64,000 nucleotides of DNA. It comes from Candidatus Latescibacterota bacterium (lineage in GTDB: Bacteria; Latescibacterota; UBA2968; GCA-2709665). Below the pieces are notes generated by a model. It did no database searches. It saw nothing but the letters and a program-made list of their open reading frames with translations, and was not told the DNA's origin. The position numbers and the translations under genes were made by a program. Location of the stretch: positions 864,001-928,000 of the forward strand of contig OZ244937.1 of NCBI GenBank assembly GCA_965222075.1. The letters run 5' to 3'. Of this stretch, positions 17,878 to 27,685 are shown piece after piece; the stretch's first letter is position 1; each line of letters begins with the position of its first letter.

Positions 17878-18780
17878 ATGGAAAAGATCGGCTTTATCGG
17901 CCTGGGCATTATGGGCAAACCGATGGCGAAGAATTTGGTGAAGGCGGGGTACGATCTGACGTTTTATGCGCGGCGGCCGGAGGTGGTCGAGGAGATGGAG
18001 GCCGAAGGGGCAACCGCAGTGGGATCGTCGAAGGCGGTTGCCGAAGCGACGGATATTGTGGTTACGATTGTGACCGCCGATCCGGAGGTGAGGGAGGTGG
18101 TTTCAGGGCCGGAGGGGGTGCTGGAAGGGGCGTCCGAAGGACAGCTTGTTGTGGATATGAGCACGATCTCCCCGTTGACGATCCAGGAGATCGCCGGGGC
18201 GGCGGCAGAGAAGGGAGTGCGCGTGATGGACGCGCCGGTGAGCGGGGGAGATACCGGCGCGATTGCAGGGACGTTGACGATTATCGCCGGGGGAGAGACG
18301 GAGGATTTCGAGCGCTGTCAGGGGATTTTCAAGGCGATGGGAAAGGAGGAGAATATTTTCCACGTGGGGCCGGTGGGGGTGGGGCAGACGGTGAAAATCA
18401 TCAATCAGTTTATCGGGGGGATCAACATAGCGGCGATTTCCGAGGGGCTGGTGCTGGGGATCAAGGCGGGGGCCGACCCGGAGGTGATGCGGCAGGTGAT
18501 CGGCGTGAGTTCGGGGAATTCGACCCTGTTTCAACTCCGGGTGGAGGATTTTCTGCTGAAGGACTCGTTCGCGCCGGGCTTTATGCTGGATCTCATGAAG
18601 AAGGATATGGGGATTGCAGTCGACCTGGGCAAAGCGCTGAACGTGCCGGTGCCGATCGGGGCCGCGGCCTACCAGATGTACGCCGCAGCGAGCAGCTTAG
18701 GCGAGGGACAGAGCGATTTTTCGGCGGTTTGCAAGGCGATTGAGCACCTGACGGGGGTCAGGATCGGGCGGTCGGCGTGA
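17878..18780 (+). CDS. NAD(P)-dependent beta-hydroxyacid dehydrogenase (GarR/MmsB family)
   Basis: IGFIGLGIMGKPMA, DMSTI, DAPVSGG, K..NQ, KD. Confidence 0.93.
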   Translation: MEKIGFIGLGIMGKPMAKNLVKAGYDLTFYARRPEVVEEMEAEGATAVGSSKAVAEATDIVVTIVTADPEVREVVSGPEGVLEGASEGQLVVDMSTISPLTIQEIAGAAAEKGVRVMDAPVSGGDTGAIAGTLTIIAGGETEDFERCQGIFKAMGKEENIFHVGPVGVGQTVKIINQFIGGINIAAISEGLVLGIKAGADPEVMRQVIGVSSGNSTLFQLRVEDFLLKDSFAPGFMLDLMKKDMGIAVDLGKALNVPVPIGAAAYQMYAAASSLGEGQSDFSAVCKAIEHLTGVRIGRSA

Positions 18781-18817
18781 AGGACCGCAGAGACGCAGAG
18801 GGCGCAGGAAAAAACCA

Positions 18818-20365
18818 TTATCCTGTCCCGTATTTCTTTCCGTACCGCTCCCGTAAAACCGCTTTTTGGACTTTCCCGGTTGCGGTGGTCACCGGGAGTT
18901 TGTCGACGATTTCCACGTATTTCGGTTTTTTGTAGCCCGCCGCGCGGGTGCGGACAAAGTCGATGATTTCATCCGGTGTGATTTCTGCGCCTTCCGACGG
19001 CACGACCGCGGCCAGGACCGATTCTCCCCATTCCGGATCGGGGATGCCGACGACGGCGGCGTCCCGGATTTTTGGATTTTCCTTGAGTAGCCGTTCGATT
19101 TCGAGGGGGTAAATATTCTCCCCGCCGCTGATGATGATGTCCCTGGCCCGGCCGGCAAGGTAGAGGTAGCCGTCACTGTCGAGGCGGCCCAGGTCCCCGC
19201 TGTGGAGCCATCCCCCTTTCAACGCCTCGGCGGTCCTGTCGGGCATGTCCCAGTATGCCTGCATCATGGAGGGGGTGCGGGCGACGACTTCGCCGACCTC
19301 TCCAGGCGCGACCGGGCGGTCGGCTTCATCAACCAGACGGATTTCCACCGAGGGCATCGGGCAGCCGACCGATCCGATCTTTGTGTGGTTGTGCCGGGTG
19401 AGTTTGCAGACGGTGAGGATGCAGCCGGCTTCGGTGAGGCCGTAGGTGACGTAGACGTCGGCGTTGAAGGTCCGAAGGATGTCGTCCAGGAGGTCGGGGG
19501 GGAAGGTATCGGAGGAGCCGAGGCAGCGCTGCACCGAGCGCAGGTCCCGTTTTTGTTCCTGCTGGCGGGCGAGGAGCCAGCGCCAGACGGTGGGGACGCA
19601 GAAGAGGTTGGTGGCGCCGTGCTGTTCGGCCGCGGTGAGGATGGCGTCCGGGTCGCCGCCGTCCAGGACGACGAGCGTGGCGCCTGTGAGGAAGTGGGGG
19701 AGAACGAGACAGTCGGGGCCGCCGGTGTGGAAGAGTGGGTAGACGCAGACGCCGACATCGCCGGAATGGCCGCCGGTGGCAAGGGCTAAGGAGAGGGCGT
19801 GGAGGTAGTGGCTTTTGTGGGAGAGGACCGTGCCTTTGGGGAAGCCGGTGGTGCCGGAGGTGTAGAGGATGATGTGGGGGTCGTTCTCGCTCAGGTGCAC
19901 GGCCGGTTCATCGGGTGAGGAGGCCTGGACAATTTCCTCAAGGTCGCGTTCTGCGTTTTCCGGGCGGGACCCGTAAAAGAGCGTCCACTCAAGTCCGTCC
20001 GGTTCGCTTAAGGCCGCGACCCCTGAAAGTCGGCCGTCCACGATTAAGGCCGAACTCCCCGATTGCCGGAGGGTATAGTGGATTTCCCGGCCTTTGTACC
20101 AGAAGTTGACCGGGACCATGATCGCCCCGATTTTGGCCAGGGCAAAGTAGATTGCCACATAGGTGTTCGAGTTCCGGCCAAGCACGGCGATCCGGTCGCC
20201 CACGTCCACGCCCAGGCCGCGCAGGCCGTTGGCCAGGCGATTCGTCCGCTCGTTCAGTTCAGCATAGGTGAGGGTCTCCCCGCCAAAGATGAGGGCGGCT
20301 TTGTCCCGCAGGCCCGGGTGGTCGGCGTTTTTTTGGAGGATGCTCCCCAAAAGCATCTTCTGCAT
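18818..20365 (-). CDS. AMP-dependent acyl-CoA synthetase
   Basis: YTSGTTGFPKG, YGLTE, SGDLG, GGENIYP.EIE, TGKVQK. Confidence 0.93.
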   Translation of the reverse strand: MQKMLLGSILQKNADHPGLRDKAALIFGGETLTYAELNERTNRLANGLRGLGVDVGDRIAVLGRNSNTYVAIYFALAKIGAIMVPVNFWYKGREIHYTLRQSGSSALIVDGRLSGVAALSEPDGLEWTLFYGSRPENAERDLEEIVQASSPDEPAVHLSENDPHIILYTSGTTGFPKGTVLSHKSHYLHALSLALATGGHSGDVGVCVYPLFHTGGPDCLVLPHFLTGATLVVLDGGDPDAILTAAEQHGATNLFCVPTVWRWLLARQQEQKRDLRSVQRCLGSSDTFPPDLLDDILRTFNADVYVTYGLTEAGCILTVCKLTRHNHTKIGSVGCPMPSVEIRLVDEADRPVAPGEVGEVVARTPSMMQAYWDMPDRTAEALKGGWLHSGDLGRLDSDGYLYLAGRARDIIISGGENIYPLEIERLLKENPKIRDAAVVGIPDPEWGESVLAAVVPSEGAEITPDEIIDFVRTRAAGYKKPKYVEIVDKLPVTTATGKVQKAVLRERYGKKYGTG

Positions 20366-20377
20366 CGTTTATCCCAT

Positions 20378-21835
20378 TCAAAGCAACGCCTCCCTCCCGA
20401 ACCGCTCGGCGGCCTCCAGGGTCTCGCGCACGTCGTCCCAGGTGGTGGTGTGATTCATGATGCAGAGCCTGAGCGCAAAGGTGCCGTGGAGAAGGGTCGA
20501 TGACATGAACGCGCGGTCTTCCCAAAAGACGCGGGCGAGCACGTTTCTGTTGATCGCTTCCAGGGCGTCCTCGTCGCGGTCGGTGTTCGTGGGGTTGATC
20601 CGGAAGCAGACGATCCCCAGGGACACGGGGGTCAAGAGCTCCAGGGTCTGGCTCTCCTGGATGTAGTCTCCGGCCCGGGCGGCGAGTTCCATCCCCCTGG
20701 CCACGGCCCGCCGGAACGCGGCCATTCCGAACGTCTGTACCGACATCCAGATTTTCAAGGCCCGCACCGAGCGGCTCAGCTGCAGGCCGCGGTCGGAGAT
20801 GTTCGGGTGGTTCGCGCCCCACACGGTGTCCTGCAGGATATCGGGCCGCACCGCGAAGGCGCGCTCCAGCGTGTGTGCGTCCTTTACCAGAAGGCTGCCC
20901 GCCTCGTAGGGTTGGAAGAACCATTTGTGGGCGTCCAGCCCGATCGAGTCGGCGCGCTCGATCCCACGCAAGAGTCTCTTGCCCTGCTCGGTCACGACCG
21001 CAAAGCCGCCGTACGCGGCGTCGACGTGCAGCCAAATGCCTTCCGCCTCGCAGTAGTCCGCCATGGCCTCCAGCGGATCGATCGCCCCGGTGCTGCTCGT
21101 TCCGGCGTTGGCGCATACCGCGATGGGGTTGAACCCCGCGGCGCGGTCGTGGGTGACGGCCTGCGCGAGCGTGTCCATGTCGAGGCGGAAGCGCCCGTCG
21201 CTGGGAACCATGCGTATGTATTCGGGCCGCACGCCGATGATTCTGGCCGCGCGGATGTGGGCGCTATGGCTCTGGTCGCTCATGTACACGGTCGCGCGCT
21301 CGGGGTGGCCCGCCGCTTCCCGGGCGGCGACGAAGGCGTCGAGGCTGGCTGCCGAGCCTCCGCTTGTGAGGAGCCCGCCCGCGCTGTCCGGATAGCCGAT
21401 CCAGCGCCGGAGCCAGTCAATGACGACCAGTTCGAGCTGGCTTGGACCGCTTGAGGCCAGCCAGGTGCATGCGTTGATGTTGTACCCGGCGGCCATGAAG
21501 TCGGCCAGCACCCCCGGCCAGGTGGGCGACGACGGGATAAACGCAAAGAAACGGGGGTGGTCCAACCGCATCGCGAACGGGAGGATCTCTCTTGCAGCCT
21601 GTTCTATGATCTCTACTGCCGGCCGGCCGTCCTCGGGCGGCTCTTCCATGAGCTGGTCCTCAAGCTCCCGCCGGAACTCGCCGTCCCAGGCACCTTCTCC
21701 GGGGAGATTCTCGATTCGCGCGACCAGGAGTTCCGCCGCCTTCCGCGCGAGGTCGAGCATGAGCTCGGGCGCCATCTGGAGGTCGCCGCGCACCTCACCG
21801 CACGCTTCCTCTTTTCCCTGCGTGGGTTCCGCCAT
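20378..21835 (-). CDS. PLP-dependent group II amino-acid decarboxylase (AADC-like)
   Basis: HPRFFAFIP, TSGGS, HVDAAYGG, DAHKW. Confidence 0.92.
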   Translation of the reverse strand: MAEPTQGKEEACGEVRGDLQMAPELMLDLARKAAELLVARIENLPGEGAWDGEFRRELEDQLMEEPPEDGRPAVEIIEQAAREILPFAMRLDHPRFFAFIPSSPTWPGVLADFMAAGYNINACTWLASSGPSQLELVVIDWLRRWIGYPDSAGGLLTSGGSAASLDAFVAAREAAGHPERATVYMSDQSHSAHIRAARIIGVRPEYIRMVPSDGRFRLDMDTLAQAVTHDRAAGFNPIAVCANAGTSSTGAIDPLEAMADYCEAEGIWLHVDAAYGGFAVVTEQGKRLLRGIERADSIGLDAHKWFFQPYEAGSLLVKDAHTLERAFAVRPDILQDTVWGANHPNISDRGLQLSRSVRALKIWMSVQTFGMAAFRRAVARGMELAARAGDYIQESQTLELLTPVSLGIVCFRINPTNTDRDEDALEAINRNVLARVFWEDRAFMSSTLLHGTFALRLCIMNHTTTWDDVRETLEAAERFGREALL

Positions 21836-21891
21836 GTCCTGCCTTCTTGTTATGCGCCCCGATGCCGCAACATCCGCGACAGACAGGCAGG

Positions 21892-22627
21892 TCAATTTGA
21901 GGATACTTCTTTGCCGAAGTCTCTGACAAAGATCAAAAAATCATCCCACCCAATCGTGCCATCGGCATCCAGGTCATACCAAATCGTCGTACCCCTCATC
22001 GCCTTGACTGCGTCTATACCGTTTGGCAAACTCAACAAAGTCACCCAGGCCCACAATACCATCCCCGTCAAAGTCGGGCTCTCGCCGATAAAAGCCGGAG
22101 CCAATGACAAAAACCTGGCCCGGGTAGATGCTGTCCGGTCCGAAGGAAAAGGATACCGCGTAGCTCACCTTGGGCGAGCCGGTGTCTTCGTCGCCCTGTA
22201 CCTCCGGGTCGTCAAAACGATACACGACATAGCCTCCTCCCCCCAGCGCCGCCGCAATGAGCTCCTGTACTATTTTGACGCCATTGACGTCTTCAATATC
22301 CCAGTTCGTTGTGCCCTCGCGGTACGGATTGGCCCCGTGAAAGATCACGAATCCCGTCGTAGTCACAACAAACAGGTATGTGGAACCATGCTTCCAGGGC
22401 CCCCCTTCGACCCTGAACTCGCTCTCCAATTTTTTCAGATCGAACCCGTGTTTATCAAAGGCCTCAAGCGTCCACGCAAGTGCCCCGTCTACAAAGGCCT
22501 TCAGGGTTTCCCGGTCTACCACGTCGCTGGCCGTTATCGGCTCTTCCTGAGCGACGGCGGGACCCGGCGTCGGCAAAGACGCTGACCAGGCCCCCACCAA
22601 AAGGACTGCGGATGTGATGGGCTTCAT
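21892..22627 (-). CDS. secreted Cache-domain protein with a dockerin/EF-hand-like tail, frameshifted near 21977
   Basis: signal peptide; YLFV...FHGANP...DVNGVKIVQELI...GGYV.Y.FDDP...KVSY...GSGFY; DFDGDGIVGLGDF then YDLDADGTIGWDDF in another frame. Confidence 0.75.
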
Positions 22628-22671
22628 GATGGTCTCCCTTCTTGAGCGATTTTGGCAATTTTGCGAGCCTG

Positions 22672-23217
22672 TTATTTGGCCAGCACGCCTACCTCGTCTG
22701 TTCTCCGCTTCCACGTATCGACTGTGCGGTCGCTGTGGATGATCTTCATGTACGTGTCTTTTGTGACCGCCAGGGTCGTGTTTTCGTAGATTTGCTGCCT
22801 GCCGTCGGTATGGGTAAAGGTCGTCCGGTTGCCGTCAACGGCGACCCGGCCCTGGAAGGTGGTGTCGGGGGTTGTATAGGTTGGCTGATGGGTCAGGCCG
22901 TAGCCCCCGCCAATGCGGAGGCGTTCCTCCCGGGTGAAGGTCTGTTCATTGAGGGTATAGATCGATTCCGTAATCTGGATCTGGTTTTCCGCCGCAGAGA
23001 AAGAGGCAGTGACGTGGGCCCTGTCCTTACCCATGGGAAACCATTCGTAAAAACCGTTCACAGCAGGCGGCCGGAGTTCTTTTCCATCCGGGAGTTTCCG
23101 GCTTTCCAGACTCCATTTGCCCCTGATGCCAAACTGGTATTTGGTATCGTCACTACAGCCAATGGTCAGGAGCAGCATCTGTGCGAACAGAACGACACAT
23201 ACGAAAGCTCGAGACAT
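22672..23217 (-). CDS. hypothetical lipoprotein
   Basis: hydrophobic N-terminus ending LTIGC; GKWSLES lipocalin-like start. Confidence 0.65.
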   Translation of the reverse strand: MSRAFVCVVLFAQMLLLTIGCSDDTKYQFGIRGKWSLESRKLPDGKELRPPAVNGFYEWFPMGKDRAHVTASFSAAENQIQITESIYTLNEQTFTREERLRIGGGYGLTHQPTYTTPDTTFQGRVAVDGNRTTFTHTDGRQQIYENTTLAVTKDTYMKIIHSDRTVDTWKRRTDEVGVLAK

Positions 23218-23276
23218 CTGCCTTACCCTCCGTGAAAGCCTTTAAATCCGCATTCCACAATCCGCAATTGGGTGTC

Positions 23277-24401
23277 TTACTCCGGGTCTTCGATGCAGAA
23301 CCGGCTCACCATCCGGGCGAAGGCGTCCACCCCTTTGTAGAGCTGGTCCCTGGCGATCCATTCGTCGGTCTTGTGCGCCTGCTGGATGCTCCCGGGTCCC
23401 ATCACGACCAGTTCCATCGCCTTTCCAAAGATCATGCCGTCGGTCCCGTAAGCCACGGTTTTCGGCTTGCGCTTTCCGGTGACCTTTAAAGCCTCCCGGA
23501 TGATGCGGGAGCCGGGCGGGGTGTGGAGGGGTTCAAGGTCATAGCCGACCTTCACCTTAACGCCGTGTTTTTGACCCAGACGCTCCACTTTTTTCTGGAT
23601 CGGGTTCCAGTTCTGGTCCGGCATGGGACGTGCGTTGATGGTCGCCCGGCTCTCTCTGGCCGTGACGTTGGAGGCGGTGTCCCCGTCGCCCATCACGATA
23701 TTCCAGGTGCAGTGGGGAGGATCGAACGTGTTGTTCCGGTAAGCCGGGTCATTCTCAACCTTGTTGATCAACCCAACCATGTCATTGAGGAAGGGGATCA
23801 TCAGATGGTTGGCGTTCACGCCCCGCCCGGTGCTGCTGTGGGCCGCCCGGCCCTTTGCCGTGGCTTCGACTTTGAAGGCGCCTTTGTGCGCGTAGACCAC
23901 GTCCAAAAGGGTGGGTTCGCCGATGATCCCGTAGCGCACCCTGGATGATTTGAGCGTTTTGGAGCGATTCAGTACTGCCCGCGCTCCTCCGCTGGTGGTC
24001 TCTTCGTCTGCGGTGACAACGACGTAGACCGGGCGTTTCAGGTCTTTTGCCGAGAAGGCGGCGGCAGTGGCGATCATGCAGGCCACCGACCCTTTCATGT
24101 CGGCGCTTCCCCTGCCGTAGAGACGGCCGTCTTTTGCGGTAAGTTTGAAGGGATCGGTGGCCCACCCGTCTGCAGGCACGACGTCGGAGTGCCCCATCAG
24201 GGCCAGCCCGCCGGTGCCGTGGCCCTTTTTTCCCACCAGGCTGACTTTGAGTTCGCCGTTTGCATCCTGGTAGTCCACGCGTTCTACGGTGAGGCCGGCC
24301 TGGCGCATCCGCTTTGCGATCGCTTTTGAGAGCGAGGCGTTGCTGAACAGGCTGGCCGAGTTGTAGGATACGAATTCCGCGGTTATGTCGATGGCGTCCA
24401 T
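23277..24401 (-). CDS. argE: M20 peptidase, acetylornithine deacetylase-like
   Basis: GHSDVVP, GRGSADMKG, DEE, GEPT, GPGSIQQAH. Confidence 0.8.
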   Translation of the reverse strand: MDAIDITAEFVSYNSASLFSNASLSKAIAKRMRQAGLTVERVDYQDANGELKVSLVGKKGHGTGGLALMGHSDVVPADGWATDPFKLTAKDGRLYGRGSADMKGSVACMIATAAAFSAKDLKRPVYVVVTADEETTSGGARAVLNRSKTLKSSRVRYGIIGEPTLLDVVYAHKGAFKVEATAKGRAAHSSTGRGVNANHLMIPFLNDMVGLINKVENDPAYRNNTFDPPHCTWNIVMGDGDTASNVTARESRATINARPMPDQNWNPIQKKVERLGQKHGVKVKVGYDLEPLHTPPGSRIIREALKVTGKRKPKTVAYGTDGMIFGKAMELVVMGPGSIQQAHKTDEWIARDQLYKGVDAFARMVSRFCIEDPE

Positions 24402-25426
24402 TATCCCTCCAGTTCTTGACGGACGATTTTTACACCCTTGACCATGTTCTGAAGCTTTTGAAAGGCCAGCCAGCGGGGGAGCTGGAAGAAGCCGCAGTCG
24501 GGGGTGATCCACAGCTTCTCGGGAGGCACGTATTTAAGGGTCTCGCGCACCCGCTCGGCCACGTCTTCGGGCGATTCCACGTAGAAAGACTTGACGTCTA
24601 CGAGGCCTGCGGCTACTTCCCGTTCCCGGGCGATTTCCTTGCAGAGTTCCAGTTCCACCAGTTCCCGGTTGGCGAATTCAAGCGAGATCTGCTGCGCGTT
24701 GGACCGCATGATGTCGCTTAGCATCCAGGCGTAGCGCCGCTTTCCCCGGGGGCGGCTGCCCAGGTTGCCGAAGCAGATGTGCAGCCCGATCTTTGCGTTT
24801 ACGCCTTCCACGGTGTGGTTGAACAGGTCAATCCAGTTTTGGGAACTGCCCGGCACGATCGAAAAAGAGGGCTCGTCGAGCTGGATGAAGTCGGCCCCGG
24901 CCGCCACCAGGCCTTTCAGTTCACTGTTCACCACGCCGGCGAATTCGTAGGCCAGTTCGATCCGATCTTTGTAAATCCGGTCGTCTTGCAGCTGGATGTG
25001 GATGGTGAGGGTGAGGGGCCCGGGACAGGTGGCTTTCAGGGGACGGTCCGTATGGGCTTTGGCATATTCGAATTCTTCGACAACCCCCAGCCCCCCGGGC
25101 ACCTGGACGCGTTCGACCGCCCGCCAGCGGGGGACGCTGTCGTAGCCGTAGAGGCCTGTTTGTCGGAGCGTGGGTCTGGGGGCCAAGCCCTTGAAGCGGC
25201 GGTAGAAGCTCTGTACGAAATACCAGCGGCGCATCTCCCCGTCGGTGATCACGTCGATGCCCGCCCGCTGCTGGTCGAGCATGGCAATGTTGGCCGCGTC
25301 GTCGAACGTCTCCCGGATATCGGTGGAACCGTAGTTGTCCTGGTCAATCTGCTCCACAGCCGTCCAGAACCAGCCCGGCAGGGCATAGCTTCCGATCACG
25401 CTTGTAGGCAGCAAGTTATCGCTCAT
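24401..25426 (-). CDS. cobalamin-independent methionine synthase II family (catalytic domain only)
   Basis: GIDVITDGEMRR, IQLDEP, HICFGN, PDCG. Confidence 0.9.
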   Translation of the reverse strand: MSDNLLPTSVIGSYALPGWFWTAVEQIDQDNYGSTDIRETFDDAANIAMLDQQRAGIDVITDGEMRRWYFVQSFYRRFKGLAPRPTLRQTGLYGYDSVPRWRAVERVQVPGGLGVVEEFEYAKAHTDRPLKATCPGPLTLTIHIQLQDDRIYKDRIELAYEFAGVVNSELKGLVAAGADFIQLDEPSFSIVPGSSQNWIDLFNHTVEGVNAKIGLHICFGNLGSRPRGKRRYAWMLSDIMRSNAQQISLEFANRELVELELCKEIAREREVAAGLVDVKSFYVESPEDVAERVRETLKYVPPEKLWITPDCGFFQLPRWLAFQKLQNMVKGVKIVRQELEG

Positions 25427-25639
25427 AGAAAGGCCTTTTTGATGAAAGAGAATATAGCGGTTCCACACTATGGAGTCAATAAAATGTTATGAACGCTCGG
25501 ATTCGGGCGCTGGTATAAAAAGCAGTGCTTATCGTGCTTTGTCAAGTAGAAACAGGATCAGACGTTTCGGATGCCTCAGGACGGGGATATCGATGACCAC
25601 GTTTCCACAATCAGATGCTTCCGGGTACGCATTTGCCGT

Positions 25640-25915
25640 TTCAGGAAGATTGACTTCACGCCCCCGATTGCGTATCTTCACTGTTTACGCAACGTGTGTA
25701 AGCAGCGGGATGTTCAGCCCGGCGAGGTCCTCTGCGAGTCCCGGACGATTGACGAGCGGCTGCTGATGTTTGTGAAGGGCAAGTCGGCAGGAGGGGAGAA
25801 GCTGTTGGCGTTGACACCGGTCCGCTTTGACCAGGCCTTCGGTGCGGGTGTGAGACACTCGGCACAACCGGAGGCCTTTTTGTGTTTTTTGGGGGTGGCA
25901 GAGGCATTCAGTTGA
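25640..25915 (+). pseudogene. possible remnant of a cNMP-binding domain
   Basis: RDVQPGEVLCE...LLMFVKGK resembles the start of a Crp-type domain; no convincing full ORF. Confidence 0.3.
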
Positions 25916-25942
25916 GGATTGAAGCATAGAGGAGACACATCT

Positions 25943-27571
25943 ATGGCTTTTTCATCTGCTGGTACAACCCATCGGCCCACCGTAACCGGCACCCGGGGCA
26001 TGGTTGCCAGCGCCCACCCGCTGGCCAGCCTGGCAGGCGCGCGGGTGCTGATGGATGGGGGAAACGCGTTTGACGCTGCCGTGGCGGTGGCTGCGGCGCT
26101 GAATGTGGTGGAGCCTTATATGTCCGGGATTGCGGGCGTTGGCTACGCGCTGGTCTACAGCGCCCGGGAGGATAAGGTCCTCGCGCTGGATTACTGCGGG
26201 CGGACGCCCCATCATGCCACGCCGGACGCGTTCGATTCCAAATCGGTCCAGGATGCGGGGAGCCGGTCCTGCCTGGTGCCGGGGGCCTGCGGCGGGTGGC
26301 TGGCGCTGCTGGCGCGCTACGGCCGGACCGACAGGGCGGCGGCGTTCGCCCCGGCGATCGATCTGGCGGAGAACGGGTTTGCCGTGACCGTCAAAAATGC
26401 GGCGTTTATCCAGGCTGCGGTGCCCCGGATGCGGCCCACGGCCAGGCGTGTGATCCTGAGCCGGGGGCGGGCCCCCCTGCCGGGAGAGGTCCTGGTTCAA
26501 AAGGAGCTGGGCCGGACCTTCCGCCGTGTGGTGGAAGGGGGCGCAGAGGTGTTCTACAAGGGCGATCTGGCCCGGCAGATGGGTGAGTTTGTCCAGGGGG
26601 AAGGGGGCCTGCTTTCAGAGCGGGACCTGGCTGATTTTGAGGTCGAGTGGGTCGATGCGATTTCCACACCGTATCGGGGGTATGAGGTCTTCTGCCCCCC
26701 CCCGCCCAGCGCGGGATTCCAGATTCTGGAGACGCTGAATATGCTGGAGGCCTATCCTTTGGCCCGGATCGGCCACCATTCGGAGGAAGCCCTGCACCTG
26801 TTCATCGAGGCGTGCAAACTGGCCAATGCAGACCGGGTGGAATACGCCGCGGCCGAGCATCCACCGATTGCCGGACTGCTTTCCAAAGCGTATGCGGAAA
26901 AGCGCCGGGCGTTGATCGGGGAGCGGGCCGGCGTGGGCCGGGGGGAGTATTACAGGGCGACCCGGCTGCCCGGAGAGGTCGAGCCGGGGCAGGAAGCGGA
27001 CTGGGTCAACGAGTGTACCACCCACTTCGATGTGGTCGATGCCGAGGGGAACGCGGTGGCGATCACCCAGAGCCTGGGGTCGGGGTTCGGGTCGGGGATG
27101 ATCCTGGGGGAGACCGGGATGTTTCTGAACAATTTCATCAGATGGGGAGACCTGGTGCCCGGCAGCCCCAATTGTATTGAACCGCACACGAAGATCGATA
27201 TGTGCCTGTCTCCCTGCCAGATCTTCAGGGAGGGAGGGCTGGTTTCTGCGCTGGGCACGCCCGGGAGCTGGGGCATCCAGCAGACGACGACGCAGTTTCT
27301 GACGAATTATCTGGATTATGGGATGAATATTCAAGCGGCGATTGAAGCGCCCAGGTTCCGCTTCGAGCATCCCGGCACGCGGGTGTCCGTGGAGGCCCGG
27401 GTGCCGGCCGGCGTGCGCGCCGGACTGGAGAGGCGGGGGCACCGGATCGACCTTCTGCCCGACTGGTCGGCAGTGGTGGGAGGGGCGCAGGGAATCACCG
27501 TGGATGCAGAGAGCGGAGCGCTGATGGGGGGTGCGGATCCGAGGCGGGATGGGTATGCGATCGGGATGTAG
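25943..27571 (+). CDS. ggt: gamma-glutamyltransferase family protein
   Basis: GGNAFDAAVA, EPYMSG, TTHFDVVDAEGNAV, GFGSG, GTPG, GGADPRRDG. Confidence 0.95.
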   Translation: MAFSSAGTTHRPTVTGTRGMVASAHPLASLAGARVLMDGGNAFDAAVAVAAALNVVEPYMSGIAGVGYALVYSAREDKVLALDYCGRTPHHATPDAFDSKSVQDAGSRSCLVPGACGGWLALLARYGRTDRAAAFAPAIDLAENGFAVTVKNAAFIQAAVPRMRPTARRVILSRGRAPLPGEVLVQKELGRTFRRVVEGGAEVFYKGDLARQMGEFVQGEGGLLSERDLADFEVEWVDAISTPYRGYEVFCPPPPSAGFQILETLNMLEAYPLARIGHHSEEALHLFIEACKLANADRVEYAAAEHPPIAGLLSKAYAEKRRALIGERAGVGRGEYYRATRLPGEVEPGQEADWVNECTTHFDVVDAEGNAVAITQSLGSGFGSGMILGETGMFLNNFIRWGDLVPGSPNCIEPHTKIDMCLSPCQIFREGGLVSALGTPGSWGIQQTTTQFLTNYLDYGMNIQAAIEAPRFRFEHPGTRVSVEARVPAGVRAGLERRGHRIDLLPDWSAVVGGAQGITVDAESGALMGGADPRRDGYAIGM

Positions 27572-27685
27572 AAAGTTGTCAGTAGGAGGCAAAAGTAGGG
27601 AAGGGCGGTGGGTGGTGACTTGCCACTGGGGTTGGTTGGACGGTGGGTGGTAACTCGCCCCTGGAGTTGTGCGGAGAGGGGTGTT

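Noticed and set aside
18784-18807. CGCAGAG-type short repeat (also ATCCGCA-like heptamers at about 23247-23268 and GCATTGGGA x3 at about 57411-57436)
   Set aside because: Common short intergenic repeats with too few copies to infer a function.
21838-21891. CCTGCCT...AGGCAGG bracket as another hairpin element
   Set aside because: Only 7-bp arms around a long loop and no empty site for comparison; left as possible, not counted.
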